Assembly (NCBI GenBank): GCA_050011875.1
Contig: JBEKIG010000013.1
Location: 12,394 to 76,393, forward strand
Direction: 5' to 3'
From: Nitrososphaeria archaeon
GTDB lineage: Archaea; Thermoproteota; Nitrososphaeria; JACIWG01
DNA: 64,000 bases
Below the pieces are notes generated by a model. That model ran no database searches, had not been told where the DNA came from, and saw only the letters and a list, made by a program, of their open reading frames with translations. The first letter of the stretch is position 1, and every line of letters starts with the position of its first letter. Both the position numbers and the translations under genes were made by a program. This document shows, in pieces, positions 30,532 through 39,989 of this stretch.

Positions 30532-31520
30532 AAATCCGTGATTTTCTGTTATCACCTGAAGTCAGAATAACCATAGCCGCGGTGGCGATATTTATAGCGT
30601 TTGGATTGCTTAACTCAAAATTTTTCACACAATTTGTATGGAGGGGAATTTTAACGGATGGAGCAGACCTCAGTTTCCTAATACTTGGTGAAAGTCTTGT
30701 TATAACATCTGGTGAGATAGATCTTTCAGTGGCCTCAACGTGGGCTTTAACTGCATACATTTTCCAATTCTTCACAAATCCTACTGTAATGGGGGGTTTG
30801 GCTTTAGATCCAAATCTTGTTGCGGTAGCGGTTTTGTGTCTAGGTATCGGAATAGGTGCTGCCAACGGCGTTGTCTCAGTTAAGAGTGGTGTCCCTTCCT
30901 TCCTTGTAACCTTGGCTTCGTTGTGGATAGTAAGGAGCGTAGTATTTATCATAAGTCCGGGTACCTATAGTTATTTGCATGTTACTAACACAGTGTTTGA
31001 TAAAACCTTGAAAGGTTACGTAGGAGTGTTCCCTTATGAATTCATATGGTTCATCGTCCTCACAGCGATCTTTTTATTCATACTTACTAGGACTAAATTT
31101 GGTGGTCACGTGCTTGCTGTCGGAGGCAATCGGACAGTTGCCAGAAACCTAGGAGTTCGAGTCGATAGAACCAAGATACTCTGCTTCATAATCTGTGGTT
31201 TCATGGCAGCTCTAGGGGGAATAGCGTTTATAACAACGTACGGGGTGATGCAGCCTGTCTCTGGTATGGAAGCGGAGTTCGGAGCTGGTTTGGAGTTCGA
31301 AGCAATAGCTGTATGCATGATGAGCGGTATGTCGCCTTGGGGTGGACGAACAAGCATTATTGCGGTGTTCATCGCAACCGTTGCATATTCATCGTTCAAG
31401 GATGGGCTGGTACTTTCTGGGCTGCCAGGCTATTGGTATCTCCCATGTGTGGGAATCATGGTTTTCGTCCTCGTTGGCTTGCATTTGATTGGAAGGAGAA
31501 GAATAATTAAGCAACAGTGA
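30528..31520 (+). CDS. Sugar ABC transporter permease (RbsC-like)
   Basis: ATGA overlap with the upstream gene. GEIDLS, VPSFLVTL and EFEAIA motifs. Confidence 0.9.
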   Translation: MKIRDFLLSPEVRITIAAVAIFIAFGLLNSKFFTQFVWRGILTDGADLSFLILGESLVITSGEIDLSVASTWALTAYIFQFFTNPTVMGGLALDPNLVAVAVLCLGIGIGAANGVVSVKSGVPSFLVTLASLWIVRSVVFIISPGTYSYLHVTNTVFDKTLKGYVGVFPYEFIWFIVLTAIFLFILTRTKFGGHVLAVGGNRTVARNLGVRVDRTKILCFIICGFMAALGGIAFITTYGVMQPVSGMEAEFGAGLEFEAIAVCMMSGMSPWGGRTSIIAVFIATVAYSSFKDGLVLSGLPGYWYLPCVGIMVFVLVGLHLIGRRRIIKQQ

Positions 31521-31978
31521 AAGTGAAGTACAAAGACAGACGATGTCTAAGGTGCAACGCCAAAATCCCTATTTTTACAATAATATAGTATAGAATTGTT
31601 ATTTAAATATTAAAAGGATCTTACCTGATTTAGTAGTTTGGAAAAGTTTCATGGCCTCTGGTCCTTCTTCAAAAGGAAACCTATGCGTTATCACCTTTTC
31701 TAGTTTAATATTATGCCTTTAGACCTTGAAAAAGAGATAATGTCTCATAACACATCTCCACCACTTCTATTTAGGGCTGTAAATAAGAAAAAATACATTT
31801 GAGTGGATAATTGTTAATACTTTTCTATTAAAAATCCCCAAATCTGCTTTACAGTGGAAACAATAAAAAAGAATAAAGGTGATGATGCAAACCTATTAAT
31901 ATTTTTTATTTTAATGATATAGAATTATTATAATTATATGTTATAACTTTATATAAGACCGGATTTACATAAACAGGT

Positions 31979-33217
31979 ATGAGTCAAGAACCTAAAAAGG
32001 TAGAAAGAAGGAATTTTCTTAACTACGCAGTTGCTATCATAGCAACAGGAGTTGTAGTTGGCGCTGGTGTATACCTGCTAAAGCCATCTGTTACTTCAAC
32101 AGTTACTTCATCAACTACTTCAACTGTCGCCGGACCTACGACTACTGTCACTGGACCTACGACTACTGTCTCCGGAGCTGGTGGTACTTCAACAGTTACC
32201 ACAACTGTAAGCGGTGCTGGCGGAGGAACAACGACAGTTCCAACGACGATTACTGCAACTATCGGCACAGCAACAGCGACAGCAAATACGTATACAATCT
32301 GGATGGCCGACCATGGAGAGGTTGGCAGCTCGTTCTGGGCACCCTGCTACAAAGGAGTACAAGATGCTATCAATCAGTTAGCAATGTCCGGAAATGCAAC
32401 GATAAACTTTAAGCATACCTACACCAATGAGGATTACGCAGCAGAGGCTACCGACCTTCAGGAGGCGGTTGCGTCTAAACCTGATGGCATTCTGATGACA
32501 GTTCCAAGTGATCCTACGTTACTTGATGCGACAGTCAGAGCGGGCGTCGCTGCAGGTATACCATTCATAGATCTCAACGCTAATGACCCAAGACCTCTTA
32601 ACCAGCAGATGCCTTATCTATACTACGTTGGCGAAAATTCTACAGAATCTGGTGTCGCACTGGCGATGGACCTACCAAGATGGATCAAAGCAAATAGTAG
32701 TTTCACGCCTTCGAACTTTCTGTTATGCAATCCGGTGGCTGGGCATGTTATCTGGGAAGCAAGGTTGCAAGAGTACGCGACATTCATGACATCACAATAT
32801 CCTGGTTGTACTGTCAATACTGTAGTAACTGGAACAGATACAACGAAGGTTCCAGGCATAATGACGTCGTTTTTGACACAGTACCCCAAAACAGACATGA
32901 TAGTTATGTCTGGTGGGTCAGTCGATGTCCTATGGCCGGTACTTACCGCAGCAGGAAAAACACCTGGTCCTAAGGGCAATATGTTGGTAGCAGCTTTCGA
33001 TCCAACCACGACATGTATGACACACATGAGCGACTTATCGATGGCCAACTGCTTCGATCAGCAACAGTACCTACAAGGATGGATACCTATGTGGGGGATA
33101 TTCATGGATATTAGACATTCATTTGCACTTTACGGGACAGTTGCTACAGGGCCTTTCATAATAAACGAGCTCAACGTCGCTACCGTAATGAAGAGCTCAA
33201 CAGAAGGCTTCAGATAG
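31979..33217 (+). CDS. Sugar ABC transporter substrate-binding protein (Tat motif, Thr stalk)
   Basis: RRNFL twin-arginine motif, TM, Thr linker, then a type I periplasmic binding fold (KPDGI, YVGE, DQQQYLQG). Confidence 0.85.
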   Translation: MSQEPKKVERRNFLNYAVAIIATGVVVGAGVYLLKPSVTSTVTSSTTSTVAGPTTTVTGPTTTVSGAGGTSTVTTTVSGAGGGTTTVPTTITATIGTATATANTYTIWMADHGEVGSSFWAPCYKGVQDAINQLAMSGNATINFKHTYTNEDYAAEATDLQEAVASKPDGILMTVPSDPTLLDATVRAGVAAGIPFIDLNANDPRPLNQQMPYLYYVGENSTESGVALAMDLPRWIKANSSFTPSNFLLCNPVAGHVIWEARLQEYATFMTSQYPGCTVNTVVTGTDTTKVPGIMTSFLTQYPKTDMIVMSGGSVDVLWPVLTAAGKTPGPKGNMLVAAFDPTTTCMTHMSDLSMANCFDQQQYLQGWIPMWGIFMDIRHSFALYGTVATGPFIINELNVATVMKSSTEGFR

Positions 33218-33231
33218 ATTAGGGTTTCCTT

Positions 33232-33248
33232 CCCCCTTTCTTTTTTTT
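33232..33248 (+). terminator. Oligo-T archaeal terminator after the substrate-binding gene
   Basis: Pyrimidine run tccccctttctttttttt just after the stop codon. Confidence 0.5.
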
Positions 33249-33249
33249 G

Positions 33250-33291
33250 TAATAAGACTATTTTGAATTTTATAATAAGACTGTTTTGAAT
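33250..33291. repeat. Tandem 19-bp repeat TAATAAGACT(A/G)TTTTGAAT
   Basis: Copies at 33250-33268 and 33273-33291. Confidence 0.7.
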
Positions 33292-33316
33292 AGACCAATG
33301 TCGCTTCCGTTATGAA

Positions 33317-33769
33317 CTAGGTTCCACTTGAAGTCACATTTAATGTGACAGTTCTCTCGGCAAGACCTAGGCCGATTGCATCTAGGAACTCGAAGGTAAG
33401 TTGAACTTGGGATAATCCAGAAAATGGTTCCTGTACCGAAAGGGTGCAGTTTCCGGTGCCTGGAGTCAGCATATTAACCGTCACCTTAGTGTATGGTCCG
33501 AACAGACCGACCTGACCTGTGGTAATATATGCTTGGGCGGTGGTGATTAGGTTTTTGCTAACAGAAGAATAATATACAGTTATATTAAAAGTGGATTGAG
33601 CTTTGACTGTCGAAGGGTACGACATACTGATTATCGTTACATGTGTTGCCAAGTCATCGTTTGTAATTACAACGGCCAGCACTATGACAATCATGCAGAG
33701 CACAAGGGCGACCTCATACCCTCTTTTCTTGATTTTAGCTGACCACATCTTTCCCAGCACTTCCAACAT
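33317..33769 (-). CDS. Membrane-anchored Ig-like domain protein
   Basis: TM helix then a beta-rich domain. Directly downstream of the ABC ATPase. Confidence 0.55.
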   Translation of the reverse strand: MLEVLGKMWSAKIKKRGYEVALVLCMIVIVLAVVITNDDLATHVTIISMSYPSTVKAQSTFNITVYYSSVSKNLITTAQAYITTGQVGLFGPYTKVTVNMLTPGTGNCTLSVQEPFSGLSQVQLTFEFLDAIGLGLAERTVTLNVTSSGT

Positions 33770-33771
33770 TC

Positions 33772-34545
33772 TTAATGGGATCCTTCTTGTAATTTCGCTT
33801 TTCTAAGCATATTTGTAATGTCCTCCGGTGTTAGATCGGGTCTCTCCTTCTTGCTTAAAGATATGACCTTTACCCCTCTGTCCAAGATCTCAAATCTGTC
33901 TGCAATAGAAAATGCTTCATAAATATTATGTGTGATATATATGAACGATATATTATGTTCCTTAAAGTTATTCAATGTCTCGGTGACTTTATCTCGTTCG
34001 ACGACGGAAAGGGCCGTTAAAGGCTCATCAAGAAATAAGAGCTTAATGCCAAAGTAGTTAGCCCTAGCCATGGCTATCGACTGCCTCTCCCCCCCAGACA
34101 TGACGCCTATTTCTTCATCTGACGACCTTAACCCTATTCCGATAGCCCCTATTCTGGATAATGTTTCATCGCGCATCGCACCAACACGTAGCAACTTGAA
34201 GGGCCCCCATCCTCTAGTCCGTTCCTTCGCCAGAAAGAAATTTCTCCAAACGTTCATCGAATCTACTAAGTTCGCGTCTTGGTAAACAATATCTATTCCT
34301 GCTCCTCTCGCATCTGCAGGGGAAGCGAAAGAGACCTCTTTTCCCTCAAAGTATATCTTTCCTTCGTTTATTGGGTGAACACCAACAATACATTTTATCA
34401 GTGTTGACTTTCCAGCGCCGTTGTCACCAAGCAATGCTACACATTCATTGTAGCCTACTTGCAGATCTACTTTTTTTAAAGCATCAACACTTCCAAACCT
34501 TTTAGTAATACCTTGTGCATCCAAAAGCCATTTTTCTTGAGTCAT
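33772..34545 (-). CDS. Sugar ABC transporter ATP-binding protein
   Basis: GDNGAGKS, MSGGERQ, LDEP and ITHN motifs. Confidence 0.93.
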   Translation of the reverse strand: MTQEKWLLDAQGITKRFGSVDALKKVDLQVGYNECVALLGDNGAGKSTLIKCIVGVHPINEGKIYFEGKEVSFASPADARGAGIDIVYQDANLVDSMNVWRNFFLAKERTRGWGPFKLLRVGAMRDETLSRIGAIGIGLRSSDEEIGVMSGGERQSIAMARANYFGIKLLFLDEPLTALSVVERDKVTETLNNFKEHNISFIYITHNIYEAFSIADRFEILDRGVKVISLSKKERPDLTPEDITNMLRKAKLQEGSH

Positions 34546-34824
34546 CGACCTTGAGATAATTATGTTCTTCTATTTAAATTTTAAAAAAATACTATATGAA
34601 ACAATAAATATAATTCTCAAATAAATCAAGCCTTTCTCAGTTTAACATAGAACAATAGTGAAATACTGTTCATGGAGAAATCATCGATGTCAAAGCGGAT
34701 TTCTCTGTCTTAAACAGCAGATGACTTTAGGGTTAATATGTGACATCTTCCTAAGCTTTTAGTTCTAAAAGATTGTGTTTGAAAACCAAATACTTCTTAA
34801 TTCTATCTTCTATAAACTATTGTC

Positions 34825-34995
34825 TTACAATTCCTCTACAATTATCTTTTTTTCTTTCGTAAAACTTACCTTCACCTTGATAGATGAATGCAAATGGAAT
34901 GGAAAGCCCGTGTCTTCTACCAGATTCTTTGGCAGGTACAGGAAGTACTTTCCATCATTTCTCCTGGAAATGCTCCCGACACTCTTGTCCACCAT
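34825..34995 (-). CDS. Small AbrB/SpoVT-like protein (56 aa, below the ORF-track cutoff)
   Basis: MVDKSVGSISRRNDGKYFLYLPKNLVEDTGFPFHLHSSIKVKVSFTKEKKIIVEEL has a swapped-hairpin pattern (xxLPK...V.V...IIVE). Confidence 0.7.
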   Translation of the reverse strand: MVDKSVGSISRRNDGKYFLYLPKNLVEDTGFPFHLHSSIKVKVSFTKEKKIIVEEL

Positions 34996-35335
34996 TTTAA
35001 CTCATTTTTAATTCACAGGGTTCGAATAACCCCATTATAAATATTTGCTAATTAAAATATTTTTTAATACGCGGTTTATCGAACACCTTGCCGATGACTG
35101 GTTTTGGAAAAGGCCTTATGTCAATTATTTTCAAATTTCAAAACTTTGGTCCCCTTGAAATATAAATTCTCTTATGAGCGTTTGCGGAAATAGTTGAACC
35201 CTGATTATGATAAATGTATTTTTAGATTCCTCCATATATCTTGACCAGTTCTTTTTCTTGCTGGAAGAATTGATGACTGATTCTTGTACGAATCGACCCA
35301 AAATGTTTAAAAGAATCTCAAGTCATAATTCGAAT

Positions 35336-36073
35336 ATGGATGAAAGAAAAAGTAAAGTCAAAGAAATTACCGAAATGTCAAATGTTGAAATAATGAAGGA
35401 ACTCAGGAAGTTTGACACTGCCACCATCTGTAACGTCGTTGCAACCTATCCAGAAAATGATATCTGTCTGAAACTATACGATGCATGGTACGGGGAATAT
35501 TATACAAACCAGAGCTTGCGTTGTATATATCCTGAGCTTGGTCCCCTCTGTGGTTACGCCGCAACCGCCTGGTACTCTGAATGGTCTGAAAATTATACAA
35601 AGTTTGATGATTGGGTGTTGTACGATCATGTAAATCTGACCAAGAAGCCTACAATTCTTGTTACAAAACAGACATATCCTTCAGGACTTGTCGGTGGTGG
35701 TCTTTTCGGAGGCAACTTTACGACCCAACTGAAATTTTTGGGTGTTGTCGGCGTTTTGACCGATGGGCCGATGAGGGACTACGAAGAGATTAAACCTATG
35801 AAATTCCAGTACTTGGCATCCGGGCTTACTTCGGGGCACGGCCCTTGGAGTTTGAGGGGAGTGAATATACCGGTTACAGTTGCTGGGATGTCAGTCCAGC
35901 CAGGCGACATAATACACATGGACGTCTGTGGTGCAGTAAAGTTCCCAGAAAAGTACCTACCAAAGGTACTAGAATATGCAAATGAGCTAATAAAACGTGA
36001 AAGCAAGCATCAAGGCAGATTTCACGATCTGGACTTCACATACGAAAAATGGAAGAGTAGTGGCAAGCAGTAA
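35336..36073 (+). CDS. RraA/HMG-aldolase family protein
   Basis: FDTATICN, FGG, LTDGPMRD and VQPGDIIHMD motifs. ATG 35336 is the likely start. Confidence 0.85.
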   Translation: MDERKSKVKEITEMSNVEIMKELRKFDTATICNVVATYPENDICLKLYDAWYGEYYTNQSLRCIYPELGPLCGYAATAWYSEWSENYTKFDDWVLYDHVNLTKKPTILVTKQTYPSGLVGGGLFGGNFTTQLKFLGVVGVLTDGPMRDYEEIKPMKFQYLASGLTSGHGPWSLRGVNIPVTVAGMSVQPGDIIHMDVCGAVKFPEKYLPKVLEYANELIKRESKHQGRFHDLDFTYEKWKSSGKQ

Positions 36074-36105
36074 TACAGACAAGCAAAAAAAGCGATACAT
36101 TTATT

Positions 36106-36125
36106 AATATATCATTAGATATATT
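36106..36125. promoter_or_regulatory. Palindromic operator upstream of padR
   Basis: AATATATC-ATTA-GATATATT, perfect 8-bp arms, 12 bp before the ATG. Confidence 0.65.
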
Positions 36126-36137
36126 TAACGATATAAT

Positions 36138-36650
36138 ATGTGCGGATTTAGATATGGATGTTCAGACGATATGAGAGGTTTCGGAGGAAGACACATGCAC
36201 TTGAAAGGGGCGTTTGGGGTCAGGAGGGGCGATTTCCGTTTCCTTGTCTTGATGGCTCTGTCAGAAAAGCCGATGCACGGATACGCCCTTATTCAAGAGA
36301 TAGGAAGGGAACATCAGCGACCTGTAAGCGCAGGGCTAGTCTATCCTACACTTCAGGAGCTTGAGGATCTGGGATATATTGTTTCCGAAGAAAGGGAAGG
36401 AAAGAAGATCTACTCGTTGACTTCTGAAGGCAGGAAGTACCTTGAAGATAAGAAGGATATAGTTGAAAGGATTAGGGCTGGGAAGGAGTACACCGAAAGG
36501 ATGGGCATATTCGCTTTCGTGAAAGATGTGAGGGACATCCAATCGATGATCTTCCAAAATGAGGAATACGTTGACGAAGAAAAGATGAACAAGATACATG
36601 AGATACTAGCGGAATCCAAGAAGAAGGTCGCTTCTGTAATCTTTGAATAG
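36138..36650 (+). CDS. PadR family transcriptional regulator
   Basis: RGDFR...PMHGY...GLVYPTLQELED...KKIYSLT motifs. Confidence 0.92.
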   Translation: MCGFRYGCSDDMRGFGGRHMHLKGAFGVRRGDFRFLVLMALSEKPMHGYALIQEIGREHQRPVSAGLVYPTLQELEDLGYIVSEEREGKKIYSLTSEGRKYLEDKKDIVERIRAGKEYTERMGIFAFVKDVRDIQSMIFQNEEYVDEEKMNKIHEILAESKKKVASVIFE

Positions 36651-36661
36651 GGGAATGTCTA

Positions 36662-36730
36662 ATGAAGGTAGCCGTAGTCGCAGACGACGGGAAGACTATA
36701 TTGTCACATTCTTCAGGCAACACTTCCTAA
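36662..36730 (+). pseudogene. NifB/NifX (Nitro_FeMo-Co) family N-terminal remnant
   Basis: MKVAVVADDGKTILSH* resembles MKIAVxxDDGKTISxHFG. Directly downstream of padR. Confidence 0.55.
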
Positions 36731-37039
36731 TAATTCTGAAAAAGACGTTAACGTTATCGTCGGTTTATGACTGAGGCAGGATATACTTGAATGTTTACAA
36801 TTAACTCTAAAGCGTCTGTTACAACTTTAATAGTTAAAGATAGCCTGCTGGGCCATAACCTGGTAATCACCCTCTACAACAACTGTCATAAAAATGTAAT
36901 AGAATCGCAGAAAAGGAAATGGACCTTTTTTACAATTTTAATAAAATTGGTGTGTAAATGGGTGATATGGAATGGTGAGCAGGAAAGACAGCGAGAAAGA
37001 AGGCCCAATTTTCGAATATGATCGTAGTTCATCAGAAAC

Positions 37040-39454
37040 TTACTGCTTCAACCAAAACTTCTTTATCAAAGGCACCTTGATGGAATCATTTACTAAGAAG
37101 GCTGCGATGAAAGAAAACGCTGGAACCGTTAGAGCGATGATGGGGGTTATCGGCGTCACTCCGGGTAACCCGAAAATAGCGATTAGGAAGACAAACAGTA
37201 AGTCAACTAAAATTATTATTAGTAAAGGATTACTGGGCCTCGAATCCCAGAAATGTTTGCGTTCCCTAATTATCAACAAGTCAAATAATTCCACAAAAAT
37301 CAGCAGTTCGAACGAAAAGGTCTGCAATTGATTGATATTGTTCCCGAGCCCAAAGTAATTAAGGCCTATTTCGAGTATAATCAGCAGCTCAGCTACGGCT
37401 GCGACCCCAAGGCAAACAGCCACTTTGATGAGACCTGTTATATTCCAGCTGTCAGGTTTTTCAGAATATCGAACATTGTCTGTTGATAATGATAAGGTTA
37501 CAAAATCTGTTAAGAATATCAGTAAAATCATGTGAAGCGCGGATATTATGTACGTTCCTGTCAGAAGGAAGGCGATAACTACTAAAATGGTTATCTGGAA
37601 TGTTTTTACCACTTTATTGAGAATCCAAGTTATGATCCGCTGATATATTATCCTACCACTTTTAATTAAATCCAGTATACTCACTAACCCTTCTGTTGTA
37701 AGGACAACGCTGGCAGCGTTCTTAGCCACATCCGTGGCGTTACTGACAGCTATACCCACTTCAGCTTGTTTCAAGGCAGGGGCATCGTTTATACCATCAC
37801 CCGTCATTCCAACAATGTGACCCCCTCTCTGAAGGCCTTTAACGATGTAGTACTTGTCCTCAGGATAGATCTCTGCGAATCCACTATTATCTTCCAAAGT
37901 CTTGATGAGCTCGCTCTCTGGAAGCCCCTTCATATCTGAGAACTTTACAATGTTCTGGTTTAAGCCGACCTGCTCTGCAACTTCTTTGGCTACCGGTAGA
38001 GCATCGCCTGTCAACACCTTTACTGAAACGCCAACTTCTTTAAGTTCACTTATGAGCTCTTTTGAATCAGGCCTGGGCTTATCATATAACGCAGCTAGAC
38101 CTACTAGTTTAACGCCGTTTTCCGTTTCACCTTCGGCGACAGCTATCACTCTATAGCCCCTTTTTGATAATCGCTCAACTGCCATCCCCATCTGATTTAA
38201 TTCTTCTTGTCCCATCTTGCATAAAGCGAATATGGTTTCAACCGCTCCTTTAAACACATAAAATAGCTTCCCTTCTATGGAGATGATAGCTTCGGTCCTC
38301 CTAGTCGAAGGGTCAAAAGGGACGAACTTCTCCTGCAAATAACTCCTAAATTGGAAACTGATATTATTCGCTGCTGATAGGAAAGCAAGGTCGATAGAGT
38401 CCTGGTTCGCTTCATTAGATGCTAAAGCGCCGAACAATATTACATCATCGTTTTTGTAACCTCTTGCGGGCATAATCTCCGCCATCTGAAGCTTGTTCAT
38501 GGTAATTGTCCCGGTCTTATCGACGCATATCACATCCGTGGTTGCAGCGTCCTCACTTGCACTAAGCCTTGTAATCAATATCCCTTTCTTCATCATATCC
38601 AAGGACCCAAGCGCCATGGTGATCGTAAACATCGTAGGCAGAGCAACAGGTATAGCCGAAATCAAAAGTACGACCGCTAACGGAAGTATTTCCAGTATAT
38701 TCATCCCCCTTAAGATGGAGACAACTATGCTAATTGAAAGAAATGATCCCACAATTGCGATCAACCATTTTACGATCTTTGAAGTCACCATCTCAATGTG
38801 CAACTCGGGTTTCGCGAATTGGACTAATTCCACGGTTCTTCCAAAGTACGTTTTTACACCAGTTGAGACAACAATACCAGATATTTCTCCCCTTCTAAGG
38901 ATTGAACCACTATACAATACGTCATCGACCTTTTTTTCAATCGCTTGCGACTCTCCGGTCAGAGATGACTGATCAACTTCAGCGCTTCCGTCTAATACCT
39001 TGGTGTCTGCTAGGACAAGGTCACCTGACCTAATCCTAATGATATCTCCCGATACTAGTTCCCTAGCGGAAACCGAGGTCCAGACGCCGTTACGTTTTAC
39101 TTTTGCATTAACTTTCAGCCTTTGCTTAAGAAGCTCTAGTGCAGAGTTAGCTCTTTCCCCTTCTATAAAGCCGAGAACAGCATTAAAGACTAAAAGCCCG
39201 GTAATTATGTACATCTCAAAATATTTTTCTAAAAAGAATTCGAGTATTATGGTTACTTCAAGCAACCATGGGGTTACACCCCAAAACTTCTTTACAAACT
39301 GATAAAGAGGGTTAGCCTTCTTCTCTGGAACTTCGTTGAATCCGAACTCCTTTAATCTTTTCTGGACTTCATCAGAACTTAAGCCTTTATCGATATCAAT
39401 ATCAAACTTGTTTCCATTTGGTTCTTCTATTGACGAACTCCTTTTTATGGCCAT
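37040..39454 (-). CDS. Plasma-membrane proton-efflux P-type ATPase (P3A)
   Basis: LTGES, IPVALP, DKTGT, FDP, KGA and MTGDGINDAPALK motifs, about 800 aa. Confidence 0.88.
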   Translation of the reverse strand: MAIKRSSSIEEPNGNKFDIDIDKGLSSDEVQKRLKEFGFNEVPEKKANPLYQFVKKFWGVTPWLLEVTIILEFFLEKYFEMYIITGLLVFNAVLGFIEGERANSALELLKQRLKVNAKVKRNGVWTSVSARELVSGDIIRIRSGDLVLADTKVLDGSAEVDQSSLTGESQAIEKKVDDVLYSGSILRRGEISGIVVSTGVKTYFGRTVELVQFAKPELHIEMVTSKIVKWLIAIVGSFLSISIVVSILRGMNILEILPLAVVLLISAIPVALPTMFTITMALGSLDMMKKGILITRLSASEDAATTDVICVDKTGTITMNKLQMAEIMPARGYKNDDVILFGALASNEANQDSIDLAFLSAANNISFQFRSYLQEKFVPFDPSTRRTEAIISIEGKLFYVFKGAVETIFALCKMGQEELNQMGMAVERLSKRGYRVIAVAEGETENGVKLVGLAALYDKPRPDSKELISELKEVGVSVKVLTGDALPVAKEVAEQVGLNQNIVKFSDMKGLPESELIKTLEDNSGFAEIYPEDKYYIVKGLQRGGHIVGMTGDGINDAPALKQAEVGIAVSNATDVAKNAASVVLTTEGLVSILDLIKSGRIIYQRIITWILNKVVKTFQITILVVIAFLLTGTYIISALHMILLIFLTDFVTLSLSTDNVRYSEKPDSWNITGLIKVAVCLGVAAVAELLIILEIGLNYFGLGNNINQLQTFSFELLIFVELFDLLIIRERKHFWDSRPSNPLLIIILVDLLFVFLIAIFGLPGVTPITPIIALTVPAFSFIAAFLVNDSIKVPLIKKFWLKQ

Positions 39455-39534
39455 TTCTTACCACTTTTCCTCATACCATTGCATTGTGGAAATTGGCAAA
39501 GCCTTCTAAGATGTTCGAACCTATAAAGAACCCT

Positions 39535-39837
39535 TTATAGCTCCAAGTGAACTTGAACCACTCGGTCGTATTGTTTTCCCGCTTTTGTCACACTAAACTC
39601 TATTAGAAATATTGCCTTGCGCACCTGAACAAACTTATGAGAAGCTAGGCGTTTCTGTCTCGTATCCACTCCCCGATAAGTCACCGAAATCCCATCCTTG
39701 GTCTCAATTTTCGACTTTACAGCGGCGACACATAGATCGTAGAGTGTTCCTTTTGGAAAGCCTGACTTCCCGTCAAGAAACTCAAGATAATCCTTCGATG
39801 TCAGATGGGCCTTCCTTGCTCCTGAACGGTAACCCAT
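39535..39837 (-). CDS. Hypothetical protein (possibly a fragment)
   Basis: 100-aa ORF with no recognised motif. Confidence 0.35.
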   Translation of the reverse strand: MGYRSGARKAHLTSKDYLEFLDGKSGFPKGTLYDLCVAAVKSKIETKDGISVTYRGVDTRQKRLASHKFVQVRKAIFLIEFSVTKAGKQYDRVVQVHLEL

Positions 39838-39989
39838 ATCCTCTTGGTATACATTCGAGTGTTATCAGCTTTGCCTTTTATTACTAACTTAGACCATACT
39901 AAGGTTTTTAAATTGGGTCAGTCTTAACTATTAAAGAGAAATCCTTTAAGCTGCGAAGACCTTAAAGACTATAGGATAGGGAGTTCTAT

